Source: Naegleria gruberi | Lineage: Eukaryota | DNA: 64,000 bases | Assembly: GCA_000004985.1 (NCBI GenBank) | Contig: GG738904.1 | Reading direction: 5' to 3' (one strand) | Shown: piece after piece, positions 19,393 to 29,979 of the stretch | Position numbering within the stretch: the stretch's first letter is position 1 | Layout of the letters: each line of letters opens with the position of its first letter | Translations under genes and position numbers: made by a program | The notes under the pieces: model-generated | Told to the model about the DNA's origin: nothing | The model's database searches: none | What the model saw: only the letters and a program-made list of their open reading frames with translations

Positions 19393-20793
19393 TCATTTGC
19401 TGTTTTTATTTTTGTGTTCCTTAAATATAGTGAACAACTGAGGTAGTTCTGTATATGCATATTTCATAATTGGACGGTGCCAGGTGAAAAGTGATTCATC
19501 ATTTGTGGATTGACCAAGAATATTTTGCTCAACAAGTTTTGAACAAATTTTCCTATGTTGAGCTGTTGATGGAAAAAATGAATTATTTCCAGCAATGAGA
19601 TCCAAGACGTCAACTATTTCACCTCCTTCGTTATCATAGATTATCCCTATTATGTTTGCTAATTCTATAGCTTCTGTTCGAATCATTCCATCAACAACTT
19701 TCTTAATGTCTTCAGCTGGTACTTGAATGTGACCATTAACAATATCGGAAATAATTTCATTATGAGGTTTTGATTTCAGAGAAGGGTGATGATCTTGCAT
19801 AATGGGGATCAATTCTTTAAGTACACTATAAATCTGGCCAAAGTGGCCTCCTAATTTCTTGATATCATCATTTCTCAGGAATGGATATTGCTCTAATTCA
19901 GTTTGGGTGGTGTAAGAAAACGTGTACTTCTTCAGTCTAGATGTGTGTCCAGATAATTTCCTTAAATCTGTGAAGGTGGAAAAGTTGCTAGAGACATGGA
20001 CACCAGTGGCCAATTGCTCCTCAACGAATTGAAGTAAGTTACCGGCTATTATTTTACAATCGGGGTCGTTGGCTATATAGTCACTTACAACAATAATAGA
20101 AACAGGAGTACCATAGTTAGCTTCCTTCTTTAGTTGTTGCAAAATGTTTTTCAGGGCAACCATTATTCTGGCAATTGGAACGTCAGATTCGTCTGTTCTT
20201 CTTTGGCTGATCCCAAGTGCAAGAAGAATGTTTTGGTATGGCATATTCGCTCTCAATGGAATGTATATTACATTTCTTCTATTTTCCAGTGCTTTCTCAA
20301 CAGACATTGATTTTCCAGAATTAGATGGACCACTGATATATGCCAACTGATTAACGCAGTCGTATGAAAACATTGCACCAAGTACTTCTGATCCTGCTTT
20401 AGGCAACAATTTCATACCATTAATCATTGGTGTAGTTGGTATGAATGGTTGTGCGAGCTTTGATCTAATTTCCTTCTCAAGAGGCAAATACTCGTTGTTT
20501 TGATTATCTTCATGAATACCTGTAAGAATGTTATAAGTTTGATAAGCACTCAAGACGGAAAAGATAATGGCCAGAGAACCTGACCAAGTGATCCATATGT
20601 TTGTGAATTTCTTCCAATTGCTTTCTTTTCCTTCTTCGTTGGACCCTTGGTCAAAGTTTCGCAAGTACCGTGTCATATGAAAATGTTTGCTAGGTGTAGG
20701 TTGTTTAAAGGTGAAAAATTGTGGTGCACAACACTTGCAATTGTTGACGAATGTTACAAGTCTCACTAGTCTTAATCTGCCCAATATTTTCAT
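19393..20793 (-). CDS. P-loop NTPase with an Arg-rich N-terminal presequence-like segment and one TM helix (possible mitochondrial membrane ATPase); family unclear
   Basis: Walker A ISGPSNSGKSM and a Walker-B-like IIVVSD. An N-terminal TM helix WITWSGSLAIIFSVLSAYQTY follows MKILGRLRLVRL. The ORF is single and intact. Confidence 0.55.
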   Translation of the reverse strand: MKILGRLRLVRLVTFVNNCKCCAPQFFTFKQPTPSKHFHMTRYLRNFDQGSNEEGKESNWKKFTNIWITWSGSLAIIFSVLSAYQTYNILTGIHEDNQNNEYLPLEKEIRSKLAQPFIPTTPMINGMKLLPKAGSEVLGAMFSYDCVNQLAYISGPSNSGKSMSVEKALENRRNVIYIPLRANMPYQNILLALGISQRRTDESDVPIARIMVALKNILQQLKKEANYGTPVSIIVVSDYIANDPDCKIIAGNLLQFVEEQLATGVHVSSNFSTFTDLRKLSGHTSRLKKYTFSYTTQTELEQYPFLRNDDIKKLGGHFGQIYSVLKELIPIMQDHHPSLKSKPHNEIISDIVNGHIQVPAEDIKKVVDGMIRTEAIELANIIGIIYDNEGGEIVDVLDLIAGNNSFFPSTAQHRKICSKLVEQNILGQSTNDESLFTWHRPIMKYAYTELPQLFTIFKEHKNKNSK

Positions 20794-20867
20794 TTTTTTT
20801 TATTTTTTTCACAAGTGTTAGAGCACAAGATAAAGTACTTTTTGCTGGAAGCTTCTTAAAAACGACT

Positions 20868-20950
20868 ATGTAACAAATACACGTAGATGTAACCTAATCA
20901 AGCATACCTAAAAAAATGGTGTTACATAGCTGGTGAGTTGGGAACCCCAG
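20868..20950 (+). repeat. Copy B of the ~82-bp direct repeat
   Basis: See copy A; identical orientation. Confidence 0.8.
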
Positions 20951-21346
20951 ATATTCTTTACATTAATGTCCTCTTACAATATTGATTTAGTTATAAGCGC
21001 ATTGTAATCTCAACCATCTAACCAAAGTTTCTCAAATACGAACAAGCTACGTAATTCTTCGAACGCAAATTTTACAATAAATTACAGTTCTTTACAAAGA
21101 CCTAAGGAGGTTCCCAAAATGCATGATTCTCATATGTTCCTTCTCCTGTACTGTCAGAAATTAAATTGACAGTACCCAAACAAACACAGCACAATCCAGA
21201 GTAACGATAACCAATATCCATATTTATCCAATATCTGCCCGTTTCTCCTCAAACAACAACCAGTTCTAAAACACATTTAAGGAAGCATGCAACGAATCTC
21301 TCAAAAACACAACAAAAAAAAATCCCTCAACAACAAATTGAAAGAA

Positions 21347-22123
21347 ATGAATCCATTCGCTGCTTCTCTCCTTGTTGCATGTTTATTCATGCTGGCCATG
21401 ACTGTTCAAGTTTTTGCCATCAAAATTTCCAAACCAAATGCAGGTCAAAGAACATTGATCACAGATTCTCTCTCAATTGATATTGAGGGCAATCAGAATG
21501 TTCCCAAGTTTGGTTATTCGTTTGCTAATGATAGCAGAATTCAAGGATTTAAGGTTCAATTTGCTAGAGCTTCTCAGACCGATTCTGATCACAATGAAAT
21601 TCCTTCAACTAATATTGCATTGGCTAGTTTGAATTATGATTTTAGTGAATTTGTTACCAATTCTGATAATTCTGTTGATTTTAATATTACATCGAGTGGT
21701 GGAAATCCAACTTTCCAATTTCGTATTCATGTCAATTCCACCTCTAAATCATTCAAGTTTGACACTGTCATTTCTGGAGTAACTTGGAATAATAAGGCTG
21801 CTTACTTGTCATTGTGTTATAAGGTGTTAGATAGAGATTCTGGTAATGGAATCAATGCTGCTAATTCAACTTCAACTCGTGCTTCATTTGGAAAGGGATA
21901 TTTCGATATTGAGCCACGTGCTTTGGCAATCAATGGAACAAGTGTCAAGGCAGGTTTGAGAAATTCTGGTAATACCATTTGTGTTGAATATGAAAAGTGG
22001 GATGGCACTTTGGTGCATGATCCAACTCTTGGATACTCAACAAGTGTTTCAGTTTCTTTTGCAAGTGCCAATTCATTTTCCTTGCTTGTAGTTCTTGTTG
22101 CTTTAATTGCATCACTTTGGTAA
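21347..22123 (+). CDS. Predicted GPI-anchored surface protein (signal peptide plus C-terminal hydrophobic GPI signal)
   Basis: The ORF runs from 21287, but the likely start is the internal Met at 21347 (MNPFAASLLVACLFMLAMTVQVFA). It has a Ser/Asn-rich ectodomain with N-glycosylation sequons and a C-terminal SFSLLVVLVALIASLW tail. Confidence 0.5.
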   Translation: MNPFAASLLVACLFMLAMTVQVFAIKISKPNAGQRTLITDSLSIDIEGNQNVPKFGYSFANDSRIQGFKVQFARASQTDSDHNEIPSTNIALASLNYDFSEFVTNSDNSVDFNITSSGGNPTFQFRIHVNSTSKSFKFDTVISGVTWNNKAAYLSLCYKVLDRDSGNGINAANSTSTRASFGKGYFDIEPRALAINGTSVKAGLRNSGNTICVEYEKWDGTLVHDPTLGYSTSVSVSFASANSFSLLVVLVALIASLW

Positions 22124-22215
22124 TTTAAATTCACAAATATATTGCAGTCTTCATTTGTGAACTCAGCTGGAAGACAATCTCAAAATTAAACATTTAGTTT
22201 TTTCAGTTCAAAAAA

Positions 22216-23166
22216 ATGTCTCATCACGAAGCTCCTGGGGTGGTATTATCACTTTTGGATTTTAATTTATTAAATAATCATCAAAATAATCAATTAATGA
22301 AATTACTCAAGGATAAACTTCGGAAACCATCTAACAAACCCTTCTCATGTAAATTTGAATTTTGTGGACCGATATATAAATTTGAGGAATTACATTTTGG
22401 AGGCTTTATGGAAATATCTTATCGATATAAACGTTTGATTGCTGTTTCCGAGTCGCAAGTGTTTATATTTGATCAGAAAAGTAGAGAGCTAATTAATATA
22501 TTTGAATTGAGTGATGCTGTTGCTGCTGTGGTTGATGATGAATGTGATTATATTTATGTTGTTGGAGAAAGAGAGGATGGTTTTTATGTCAAAAAGTTTG
22601 ATTTGGGATTGTTTATTCAAAGTAAAAAACAACCAGAGGTTGCATTAATTTGGGATACTAGTCCAAAATCAATTAAATCACCTTTTGGAATAACTCTTTA
22701 CAATGGAAAATCAAAGAAATATCTCATCATTTTAGATAGTACCTCATCGGATTTGATAATCCTTAATTGTTCAAATGGAGGTGAGCTAAATGATTTTAAA
22801 TTATCCCTAGCAACAACAACTGCAAACTCAATTACAATGAGAACCAAAAATGAGATGGTTGTTGGAGCAAAACAAATTGAAATTTACAACATTGATGAAA
22901 GTTCAGGAATTCCAAGTTTAAGGTTTTTATATTCTGTCCCAAATGTTAAAGGATTTTTCTATTCAGTGACTTTTTGTCCTGCTAGCCAATATATTATCAC
23001 TGATTCAGAAAATGATAGTTTTTCTGTAATCAATAGAGATACATTACAAGTTGTAAAGTACTACAAAGAAACTGAGTTATTGGGCGATTTATTTGGAATG
23101 TGTTATGATAAGATTAATGGTATATTGTATTGTTGCTGTAGGATGGGATTTTATTATTATAAGTGA
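22216..23166 (+). CDS. Hypothetical protein (316 aa)
   Basis: Intact ORF with sense codon usage. Possibly a beta-propeller-like fold. No motif recognised. Confidence 0.4.
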   Translation: MSHHEAPGVVLSLLDFNLLNNHQNNQLMKLLKDKLRKPSNKPFSCKFEFCGPIYKFEELHFGGFMEISYRYKRLIAVSESQVFIFDQKSRELINIFELSDAVAAVVDDECDYIYVVGEREDGFYVKKFDLGLFIQSKKQPEVALIWDTSPKSIKSPFGITLYNGKSKKYLIILDSTSSDLIILNCSNGGELNDFKLSLATTTANSITMRTKNEMVVGAKQIEIYNIDESSGIPSLRFLYSVPNVKGFFYSVTFCPASQYIITDSENDSFSVINRDTLQVVKYYKETELLGDLFGMCYDKINGILYCCCRMGFYYYK

Positions 23167-23276
23167 TCCCAGTATAGTGGATGTTACCAATTACAATATC
23201 TGAGAATGTTGATTTTTCAATGCATTTCCAAATTTAATTTTTTAATACCTTACTATTAATCATTTATTTACCAAGT

Positions 23277-24921
23277 TTACAATAAAATTAATTGGAAAAG
23301 TAATACACTCAATAGACATGTCAATCCTAGGACAACTTGTCTACTTGCTAGAGAATTTTTCTCTTCTCCAATTATTGCAGATTTACCTGGTTGAGGAGTA
23401 TTGGTTGAGTTGACTGCAATAATTCCACTAGAGGAAGTACTGGTTTGCGGAGTGGAAGGAGTTTCAACCTTGAAAATAGTACAAGAGGAAGATGATTCCA
23501 GATTCAGAGTTGTTCCACTACCTGCCAAGAGTTGTGAATAACAATACTTGGTTGGCCATGTGAAAACACTGAATTGACCATTATTCAAATAAGGAGTCCC
23601 ACCAGTCTTTGTCTGATTATTACAATCCAAAATGAAAAGTAATCTCACTTGACCTCCACCTGTAGTAACAGCTGTCATATTATACACTTGTCCTGGAATA
23701 GGTTTTGCCCAAGTCACTTGTCTAAAACCATTTTCATTTGCATTGACCATGTAAGTTCTAGTGAAGGTAACATTATTTGGTGGAAAGACAACAGCTTGTC
23801 TATAAGTGTCAAATGCTCCAATATTTCCAGTTCCTGTAAATTTTGTCCATGGCCCACGCATTGAAACAATATTTTGATTTGTTGTAAAAGTCACCGGTTG
23901 ACCATCACCATTTAACCAACCATCAACAGATTCAACCATTCTTAAAGCATCTCGAATGTTATCCAAATCTGTGGCTGCAGTTGAACTCCAACCACCTGGA
24001 TGTAAAGTATAATTGGATCCAATTTCAGCATATAATCTATGTGAAATTGGTTAAACAACAAAATTTGGTCAATTGAGTTATTACTTACGCAAAAGGAGTG
24101 CCATCATTTTGATCAACTACTCTAGCTCCATAAACTTTCAATGTTTCTGCTACTTTCTTCAATTTGGTTGTTAAAATTTTGGAAGTGTCAAATGTTGAAG
24201 GAAGCATGACAAGTGCACCTTCAGGAATTTTACCAGTATTCAACCAAGCAGCACCATAATCTGCATGTGTTGCTGGAAAGACATAACGTGGATCAGGAGA
24301 AAGTCCAGTAAAATCCAAGGACATGGCCAAGACATGTCTAAACATGGTATCACCATCATCTATTTCATGAGTTCTTAAAATTCCACCAGATGGAGGAACA
24401 GCAGCAGCTCTAGCTCCTTGATAAAAGTGAGCTGGATCTCCCCAACCTGTTCCATCAACCTTTGTCCATGCATAGAAAACTGCAACCCATGTCGAATTCA
24501 CTTTTTTCAATTGCCAAAATGAGTGAACAATATTTGCAGTGGTATCATATATATCACAATGTCCATCACCACCAGTAGCTGGAAGTGCCTTCTCTGGCCA
24601 ACGAGGAATTGTAATGCTTTGGACATAGCCACCAACATCATTATCAGCAATACCTGAACTAGTACTTGGATAGACAGTCATTGGTTTATCTGTTGGAGAA
24701 GTTTCAAAGATACCAACTGAAAGAGATCCAGAATCAATGTTTGGATAGTATTTGGATCTTGGAATGGTTACATTGGCAGCGAATTTTGGGTTGACTGGTT
24801 GACTATTCCAAGGAGAGTTTACAGAAAATGGTTTCTTGACAGTTCCCCAACCGCCAGCACTTGATACCATTTCAATAAATAGCATCATTGTTAAAAAACA
24901 AACAACAAGACGACAAAGCAT
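23277..24921 (-). CDS. Secreted, predicted GPI-anchored protein (~520 aa) with a Ser/Thr-rich stalk; 2 exons (24921..24089, 24036..23277)
   Basis: Signal peptide MLCRLVVCFLTMMLFIEMVSSA. ORFs 24085..24921 and 23277..23966 join in frame through a 52-nt minus-strand intron (GTAAGTAATAAC...TTTCACATAG, plus coordinates 24037..24088). The C-terminus is hydrophobic (LTCLLSVLLFQLILL). Coding GC is somewhat higher than in neighbouring genes. Confidence 0.55.
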
Positions 24922-25142
24922 TCTATTTGACGTGTTTTTTTTAATGATTGGTGAAAGGTGTTTAGCTCAATTCTGGTCCATTCGAACTAGTCTGTACTAG
25001 AAAGTGCGTTACAAGATCTTGTCAGAACAAACAAAGTTGATGGAACATATTATGCATGCTAGAAATGATTCATTCGAATCTTGTTTACAATAAAAGGCCA
25101 CTTTCACTATAAAGGAAACAATAGGTCAGCTACATTAACATT

Positions 25143-26354
25143 TCATTTTTCTAATGTATTGCATTGTTTCTTCTCAACAACAAGATAACTAAGATGATGA
25201 TTCATTGTTTCACTCAAAAGTTTAGCACCATCTTCCATTTGAATTCCAGTATTGTAAATTGAAAGAGAAACTAATTGATATAGTCCACAGAGGTGTTTAA
25301 TACCTTCATCAGTAATATAATTTCCATTAAGATTAAGATTGGTCAATTGTTTCATTTCACCAATAAATTCAGCTCCTTCCTCACGAATATTATTCGAACG
25401 AATGTCAAGATTTGTTAAATATTTCATTTCACTAATATATTTAGCACCTCGATTACTTAGATAATTTTTACCAATATCAAGCTTAATCAATTGTTTCATT
25501 TCACTAATGTATTTAGCACCATCATCCCCAATTATATTTTTACGAATATTAAGATTGGTCAACTGAGTCATTTCACTCACTAATTTTGCTCCCTCAACTC
25601 GAATATTATTATTACTAATATTGAGATCTACCAATTGATGCATTCTCATTAAATGTTCAATGCCTTGATCACCAATACGATTTCCACCAACATTAAGACT
25701 GGTCAATTGTTTCAACGCACCAATGAATTTAACTCCTCTAACACCGATTTCATTATAATAAATATTGAGATGTGTAAGTTGTCTGATTCCATTACAGATG
25801 AATTTGGATCCATCTTCTCCTATCTTATTATGAGAAATGTCAAGATATGTCAATTGTTTCATTTTGCTAAGATATTTGGCTCCTTCTGAACTAATCCTAT
25901 TATACGAAACATTGAGCTTTGTTAATTTTGTGAGATTGCTAATATAAGAAACGCCTATATCACCAATATTATTCATTTTCATGTCAAGATCTACCAATCG
26001 ATTCTTCATCATTGCAGAAAATATTTTACAATCAAAAATAGTTTCGTTTCGTTTCTCCACTATTAATATTTCAATATTTTGAAGTAATTGACCTTTCAGT
26101 TTGTTATCATTTCTGCAAGTTAAAGAAAATCTTGATCTTTCCGAAATGACATTCAACCACTGTTTAGAAATTAGAGTACAATTTAGAATAAATTTAACAT
26201 CAAGAAATGATAAAATTTCAAAAATTGAATCATCTGAAAAGATGAGCAGAGAGTGTTTCAATTTTCGTTTAACTTTCGAATAGGATGTACTCGATGATTT
26301 GCTTGTTGTCTTTATGCGCATTTTTCTTTTAAATCTTTCTATTCGAAAGTGCAA
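25143..26354 (-). CDS. F-box / leucine-rich repeat protein (RNI-like LRRs)
   Basis: N-terminal F-box-like segment LLIFSDDSIFEILSFLDVKFILNCTLISKQWLNVIS, followed by about 11 LRR units of ~24 aa of type L..L.I..N.IG..GAK.ISEMKQLT. Confidence 0.7.
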   Translation of the reverse strand: MHFRIERFKRKMRIKTTSKSSSTSYSKVKRKLKHSLLIFSDDSIFEILSFLDVKFILNCTLISKQWLNVISERSRFSLTCRNDNKLKGQLLQNIEILIVEKRNETIFDCKIFSAMMKNRLVDLDMKMNNIGDIGVSYISNLTKLTKLNVSYNRISSEGAKYLSKMKQLTYLDISHNKIGEDGSKFICNGIRQLTHLNIYYNEIGVRGVKFIGALKQLTSLNVGGNRIGDQGIEHLMRMHQLVDLNISNNNIRVEGAKLVSEMTQLTNLNIRKNIIGDDGAKYISEMKQLIKLDIGKNYLSNRGAKYISEMKYLTNLDIRSNNIREEGAEFIGEMKQLTNLNLNGNYITDEGIKHLCGLYQLVSLSIYNTGIQMEDGAKLLSETMNHHLSYLVVEKKQCNTLEK

Positions 26355-26605
26355 TTTTGATTTTCCACACTTTTATTTAATACTGTATTGTAAACTATTT
26401 CCCAACAAGCCATTCTTACATGTTGAATCTTTCCATTCTTTGAGTTTTTGAGCTAACGTGATAAATTTCTCTTTTTTTTCACTACTCATTCTAACAAGTT
26501 GGTTCGTGCCTTATCACGTTTGGCGAATTGTGTTTTGGCACAACATGTTTTCTTCTGCATCAAAATCTTTCCTTGTAAACGACATGTTGAATCACGATTT
26601 TCTTA

Positions 26606-28138
26606 ATGTTCCTCCAAAAAAACTATAAAAGAAGAATGGTTAATGTTTCACCAATTCCAAGACAATTCTCAGAGCATGTTGTTGTGATTCTGATAGATTT
26701 GCCTCGTTTATCAAATGATGCTCTAGTAAAGGACGAATTTACTTGCAAGTACCTCATGGAGAAACTCGAACGAAAGCTCTCTACCAAGCAATCTCTCTCA
26801 CGACTCATTGAAAAACAAATTGAAAAGCTTCAACAATTTAACATGTACATGGCACGAGATAGGAAAATGGTCTTTTCGAATATTCATTCTAAATATTTGC
26901 AAATTATCGGCAGCGAAATGTTAAAGAGGAGAAATTCGCAATTGGTAAAGCAAGTTGAAGAATCTGAGAGAAAATGTCTAAACGTGATGGGAATTCCATT
27001 CTTTCAAAAATTGGACAAGTGGTTCCAAACCTTTGATTGGTCCAAGGCTATTCACTTATTAGAAACTCTTTCTCATTACTTTAGTCCATTTGCATTAGAT
27101 CTTTCCAATAACTATCTATTTGCCAAATTGTTATTATCCAGCACTGTGAACAGTTATTTTTTGCAATTCTTACAGATTAGTAAGAGACACATGAGAAATG
27201 ATAAGGTGAATTATTATCGTTTCTCCCTGTATTTCATTCATGAAGAACATGAGAGTGTTCTTGAGGAATGTTTCAATTCGAAACTTGAAAAGGAACATTT
27301 GGCTCGTAGAAATGAATTTCCACTCAAAGTGATTATTTTAATTGGTAAACACACTTTGGAATGGACAGAGAATGGTTTCATCCAAGTTGAAGAGCTGAAT
27401 TACAGTAGTGAATTGGAAACTTGTTGTTTCCGTTCGTCTTTCCTAGTTTGTAGAAAGAGTGAGCAAATTGAGTATTACATGAAAAAGTTGATAGATTTTA
27501 ATTGTAAATGGAATGCCAGCATGTGTTATAATGATGAACAGTGTAACACTGGACACTATGCAAAGAGTTTATTGAGCTATTTGAATATTTCACTTTCGAA
27601 TAGAGATTCCAATACTTTATTAGATTGCATATGTGATAATAGACCTGTTCCATTTGAATTTAATATTCCAGTTGATTTAGTAATGGTTTCACCAATCAAA
27701 AAGGCATTGTCTAATTATTTAAACAGTATTGGATATGAGCCTAAATGGGTTCGTCCCATTTCGAATTGTATTTCACAAGAAACAAGTCACGAAACTTTCT
27801 TCTTAAAGCTAGATAGGACCTGGGACGAAATTGAAACTTTCTATCACTTTTTTCTTCGTTATCTAAGTGTTGATTGTCCATTCTTAGATGTTTCAGAAGA
27901 GTTTAGTTTATTTCTTCTAGCTTTATTAGAAAGTAATCGTGAAATTGTGAGAGGTGAATCCTTTGCGTCACTTGTAAACTTTTCCAAAAAGCAAATTCTT
28001 GAATTATTAAGAAGAAGGAGAAATCAAAGTTATCATTCACAACTTTACAATTTCAGCGATTTCAATTCAATGAAGAAATCAATCATTGAAAAAGATGTTC
28101 ACGTATTGAAAGATATTTCCGCATTCTTAGAAGAATAA
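26606..28138 (+). CDS. Hypothetical protein (510 aa)
   Basis: Long intact ORF with no recognised domain. Confidence 0.45.
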   Translation: MFLQKNYKRRMVNVSPIPRQFSEHVVVILIDLPRLSNDALVKDEFTCKYLMEKLERKLSTKQSLSRLIEKQIEKLQQFNMYMARDRKMVFSNIHSKYLQIIGSEMLKRRNSQLVKQVEESERKCLNVMGIPFFQKLDKWFQTFDWSKAIHLLETLSHYFSPFALDLSNNYLFAKLLLSSTVNSYFLQFLQISKRHMRNDKVNYYRFSLYFIHEEHESVLEECFNSKLEKEHLARRNEFPLKVIILIGKHTLEWTENGFIQVEELNYSSELETCCFRSSFLVCRKSEQIEYYMKKLIDFNCKWNASMCYNDEQCNTGHYAKSLLSYLNISLSNRDSNTLLDCICDNRPVPFEFNIPVDLVMVSPIKKALSNYLNSIGYEPKWVRPISNCISQETSHETFFLKLDRTWDEIETFYHFFLRYLSVDCPFLDVSEEFSLFLLALLESNREIVRGESFASLVNFSKKQILELLRRRRNQSYHSQLYNFSDFNSMKKSIIEKDVHVLKDISAFLEE

Positions 28139-28369
28139 TCTATTGTTGTGTGAGTTGCTTGAAGAAAAAACTGTAAAGGAGTTAGTTCTTTGATGCGAAA
28201 TACTATTCGAAAGATTTCTAATAGTCGTGACTCCAACATTAAAAAATCTTTAAAATCTTTACAAGTCCTCTCTTCATTGAATAACAGCGCTCACTTCTTA
28301 TCTCTCAATTACAATCCTAACCTTTCGAATATCCTTGTTATAATCTTTTCGTACAACTTAACTGTAGTA

Positions 28370-28381
28370 TTTTTGGCGGAG
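28370..28381 (+). promoter_or_regulatory. E2F-like site TTTTTGGCGGAG about 125 nt upstream of the SAM-domain gene
   Basis: It matches the TTTSGCGS core and is one of only a few GC-rich motifs in AT-rich intergenic DNA here. Confidence 0.3.
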
Positions 28382-28506
28382 TGGAATCAAAAGGATTAAA
28401 CCAATTCGGTGAGATTCGTGCTGTGTCACCTCTGCATTTGTGTTTAACATAAATCCAATGTCGCAACCTACTTGCTAATAGAAAAAAAACAACGAAACTA
28501 AACGAA

Positions 28507-28867
28507 ATGACCAGCTCCATGGATGAATTTGAAAAACTTGTGAAAGCTTCCCCTAATGTTAGTATGTGGTCACACAGCAACGTGTGTGTCTTTTTATCTT
28601 CGTATCCTGACTTGGTTTCAAAGAAGGTTATAAAAAGTAGGTTATTTTCCTTTTCTGTCCAACCTAAACACATGTTCACACTTAAACTTTAACTGAATAG
28701 AAATTAAACAAGAAGGATGGTCTGGAATTGATTTATTGGAAAGAGGTTCTATAGAATACATGACAAAATTCTTAAAATTGTCAACAAGTGATGCCAGTTC
28801 ATTCCTCTTAGCCATTGATAAACTTCAAAAGAGAGCTGAAATGGAAAAACCAACTTGTGATGAATAA
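28507..28867 (+). CDS. Small SAM (sterile alpha motif)-domain protein, about 99 aa; 2 exons (28507..28636, 28701..28867)
   Basis: W..S.V..FL..YPDLV..K...IKQEGWSGIDLLERGSIEYMTKFLKLSTSDASSFLLAIDKLQ is SAM-like. A 64-nt intron GTAGGTTATT...CTGAATAG joins the exons in phase 1. The stop codon lies 1 nt from the stop of the convergent deformylase gene. Confidence 0.45.
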
Positions 28868-28868
28868 T

Positions 28869-29861
28869 TTATTTAAATTCTGGCCGCAGGTTACCAAGCT
28901 CATCCAGATAATTGTAGACATCTTCACCATATACGTATCTGTCCTTTTTCTTGTCAACCACACGGTCAAACATGTTAATTCCCTCAAGATGGTCGAATTC
29001 ATGTTGGAAAACACGAGCAGAAAATCCGTCTAATGTTTTTCTTTGTTTAACTCCGAACATGTTAATGTATTCTACCTCAATTTCCTTACTTCTCATTAAA
29101 AATAAATATTCATTCTTAAAACTCAAACATCCTTCAACTTCTCTTTCCATTTCAACACTTTTATCCACAATCTTTGGATCAATATATAATTCCAAATCAA
29201 CATCATAGGCATAACTTGCATCTGGATCGAAAATTTCACTTGTGGCATTCTTCTTTTCTTCAAAACCTCCAGATTGTTTTGCATTTACAACCTTCAACTT
29301 TGGTGTTGCTTTGAAAATTCTATCAGTACCAATGAAATATCTAATTTTGTGATATAATTGAGGAGCACTAATACCAGTACCATCATCATGATAAACTTTC
29401 AAAGACATGAATAAATCTCTGAAAAACATGATTTGATTTTCTGATAATGTTTCCGATAATTGTTTGTACAAATAGTTAGCATCATCATCTGATAACTTTG
29501 GTATCACTTCTGTGCTCTTATCAGTCCAAACTCTATTAACATCATAATAACTAGTAACATTTTCTTCGGCATCCACCTTTTTTAATCCTCTCATAGATCC
29601 TGGTAATTCTAAAATACTACGAGGTGTAAAATTAGTATTATTTGCTAATAACGACCCAGTACATGGTTGCTTTAAAATAGGTTCCTTCTTTCCAGCAATT
29701 CTCACTTTTCTAAATGGAAGAATTTTATCATTACCCTCCGATTCAATTTCTGCATTTATCATTGCAGTTATCTTTGAAGCCTTGATACCATGTTTTCGGA
29801 GTAGTGGTTCAAATACAGCCTTGTTATGAAAGAAGCCTGCCCTATCAAGAAAAGAAAGCAT
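28869..29861 (-). CDS. PDF: Peptide deformylase (organellar type) with an N-terminal extension and a ~70-aa insertion
   Basis: The three PDF motifs are present: GTGISAPQL (motif I, GxGxAAxQ), EGCLSF (motif II) and QHEFDHLEG (motif III, the metal-binding His pair). Confidence 0.85.
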   Translation of the reverse strand: MLSFLDRAGFFHNKAVFEPLLRKHGIKASKITAMINAEIESEGNDKILPFRKVRIAGKKEPILKQPCTGSLLANNTNFTPRSILELPGSMRGLKKVDAEENVTSYYDVNRVWTDKSTEVIPKLSDDDANYLYKQLSETLSENQIMFFRDLFMSLKVYHDDGTGISAPQLYHKIRYFIGTDRIFKATPKLKVVNAKQSGGFEEKKNATSEIFDPDASYAYDVDLELYIDPKIVDKSVEMEREVEGCLSFKNEYLFLMRSKEIEVEYINMFGVKQRKTLDGFSARVFQHEFDHLEGINMFDRVVDKKKDRYVYGEDVYNYLDELGNLRPEFK

Positions 29862-29979
29862 TTTTTTTTTGATTGAATTTTTAATAAAAGTAAAATAATT
29901 ATTATTTGATTATTGAACATTTATTTAAAAGACATCAAATTCTAATATGATAATGAATTGATAAAGAGTAACAATGTAA

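Noticed and set aside
26510-26530. TTTGGCGAA upstream of gene 26606 as an E2F site
   Set aside because: It lacks the GC core (GGCGAA rather than GGCGC/GGCGG), making it too weak to call.
28190-28399. ORF 28190..28399 (69 aa) as a gene
   Set aside because: It is low-complexity, and the region is better explained as the promoter/5' region of the SAM-domain gene, containing an E2F-like motif.
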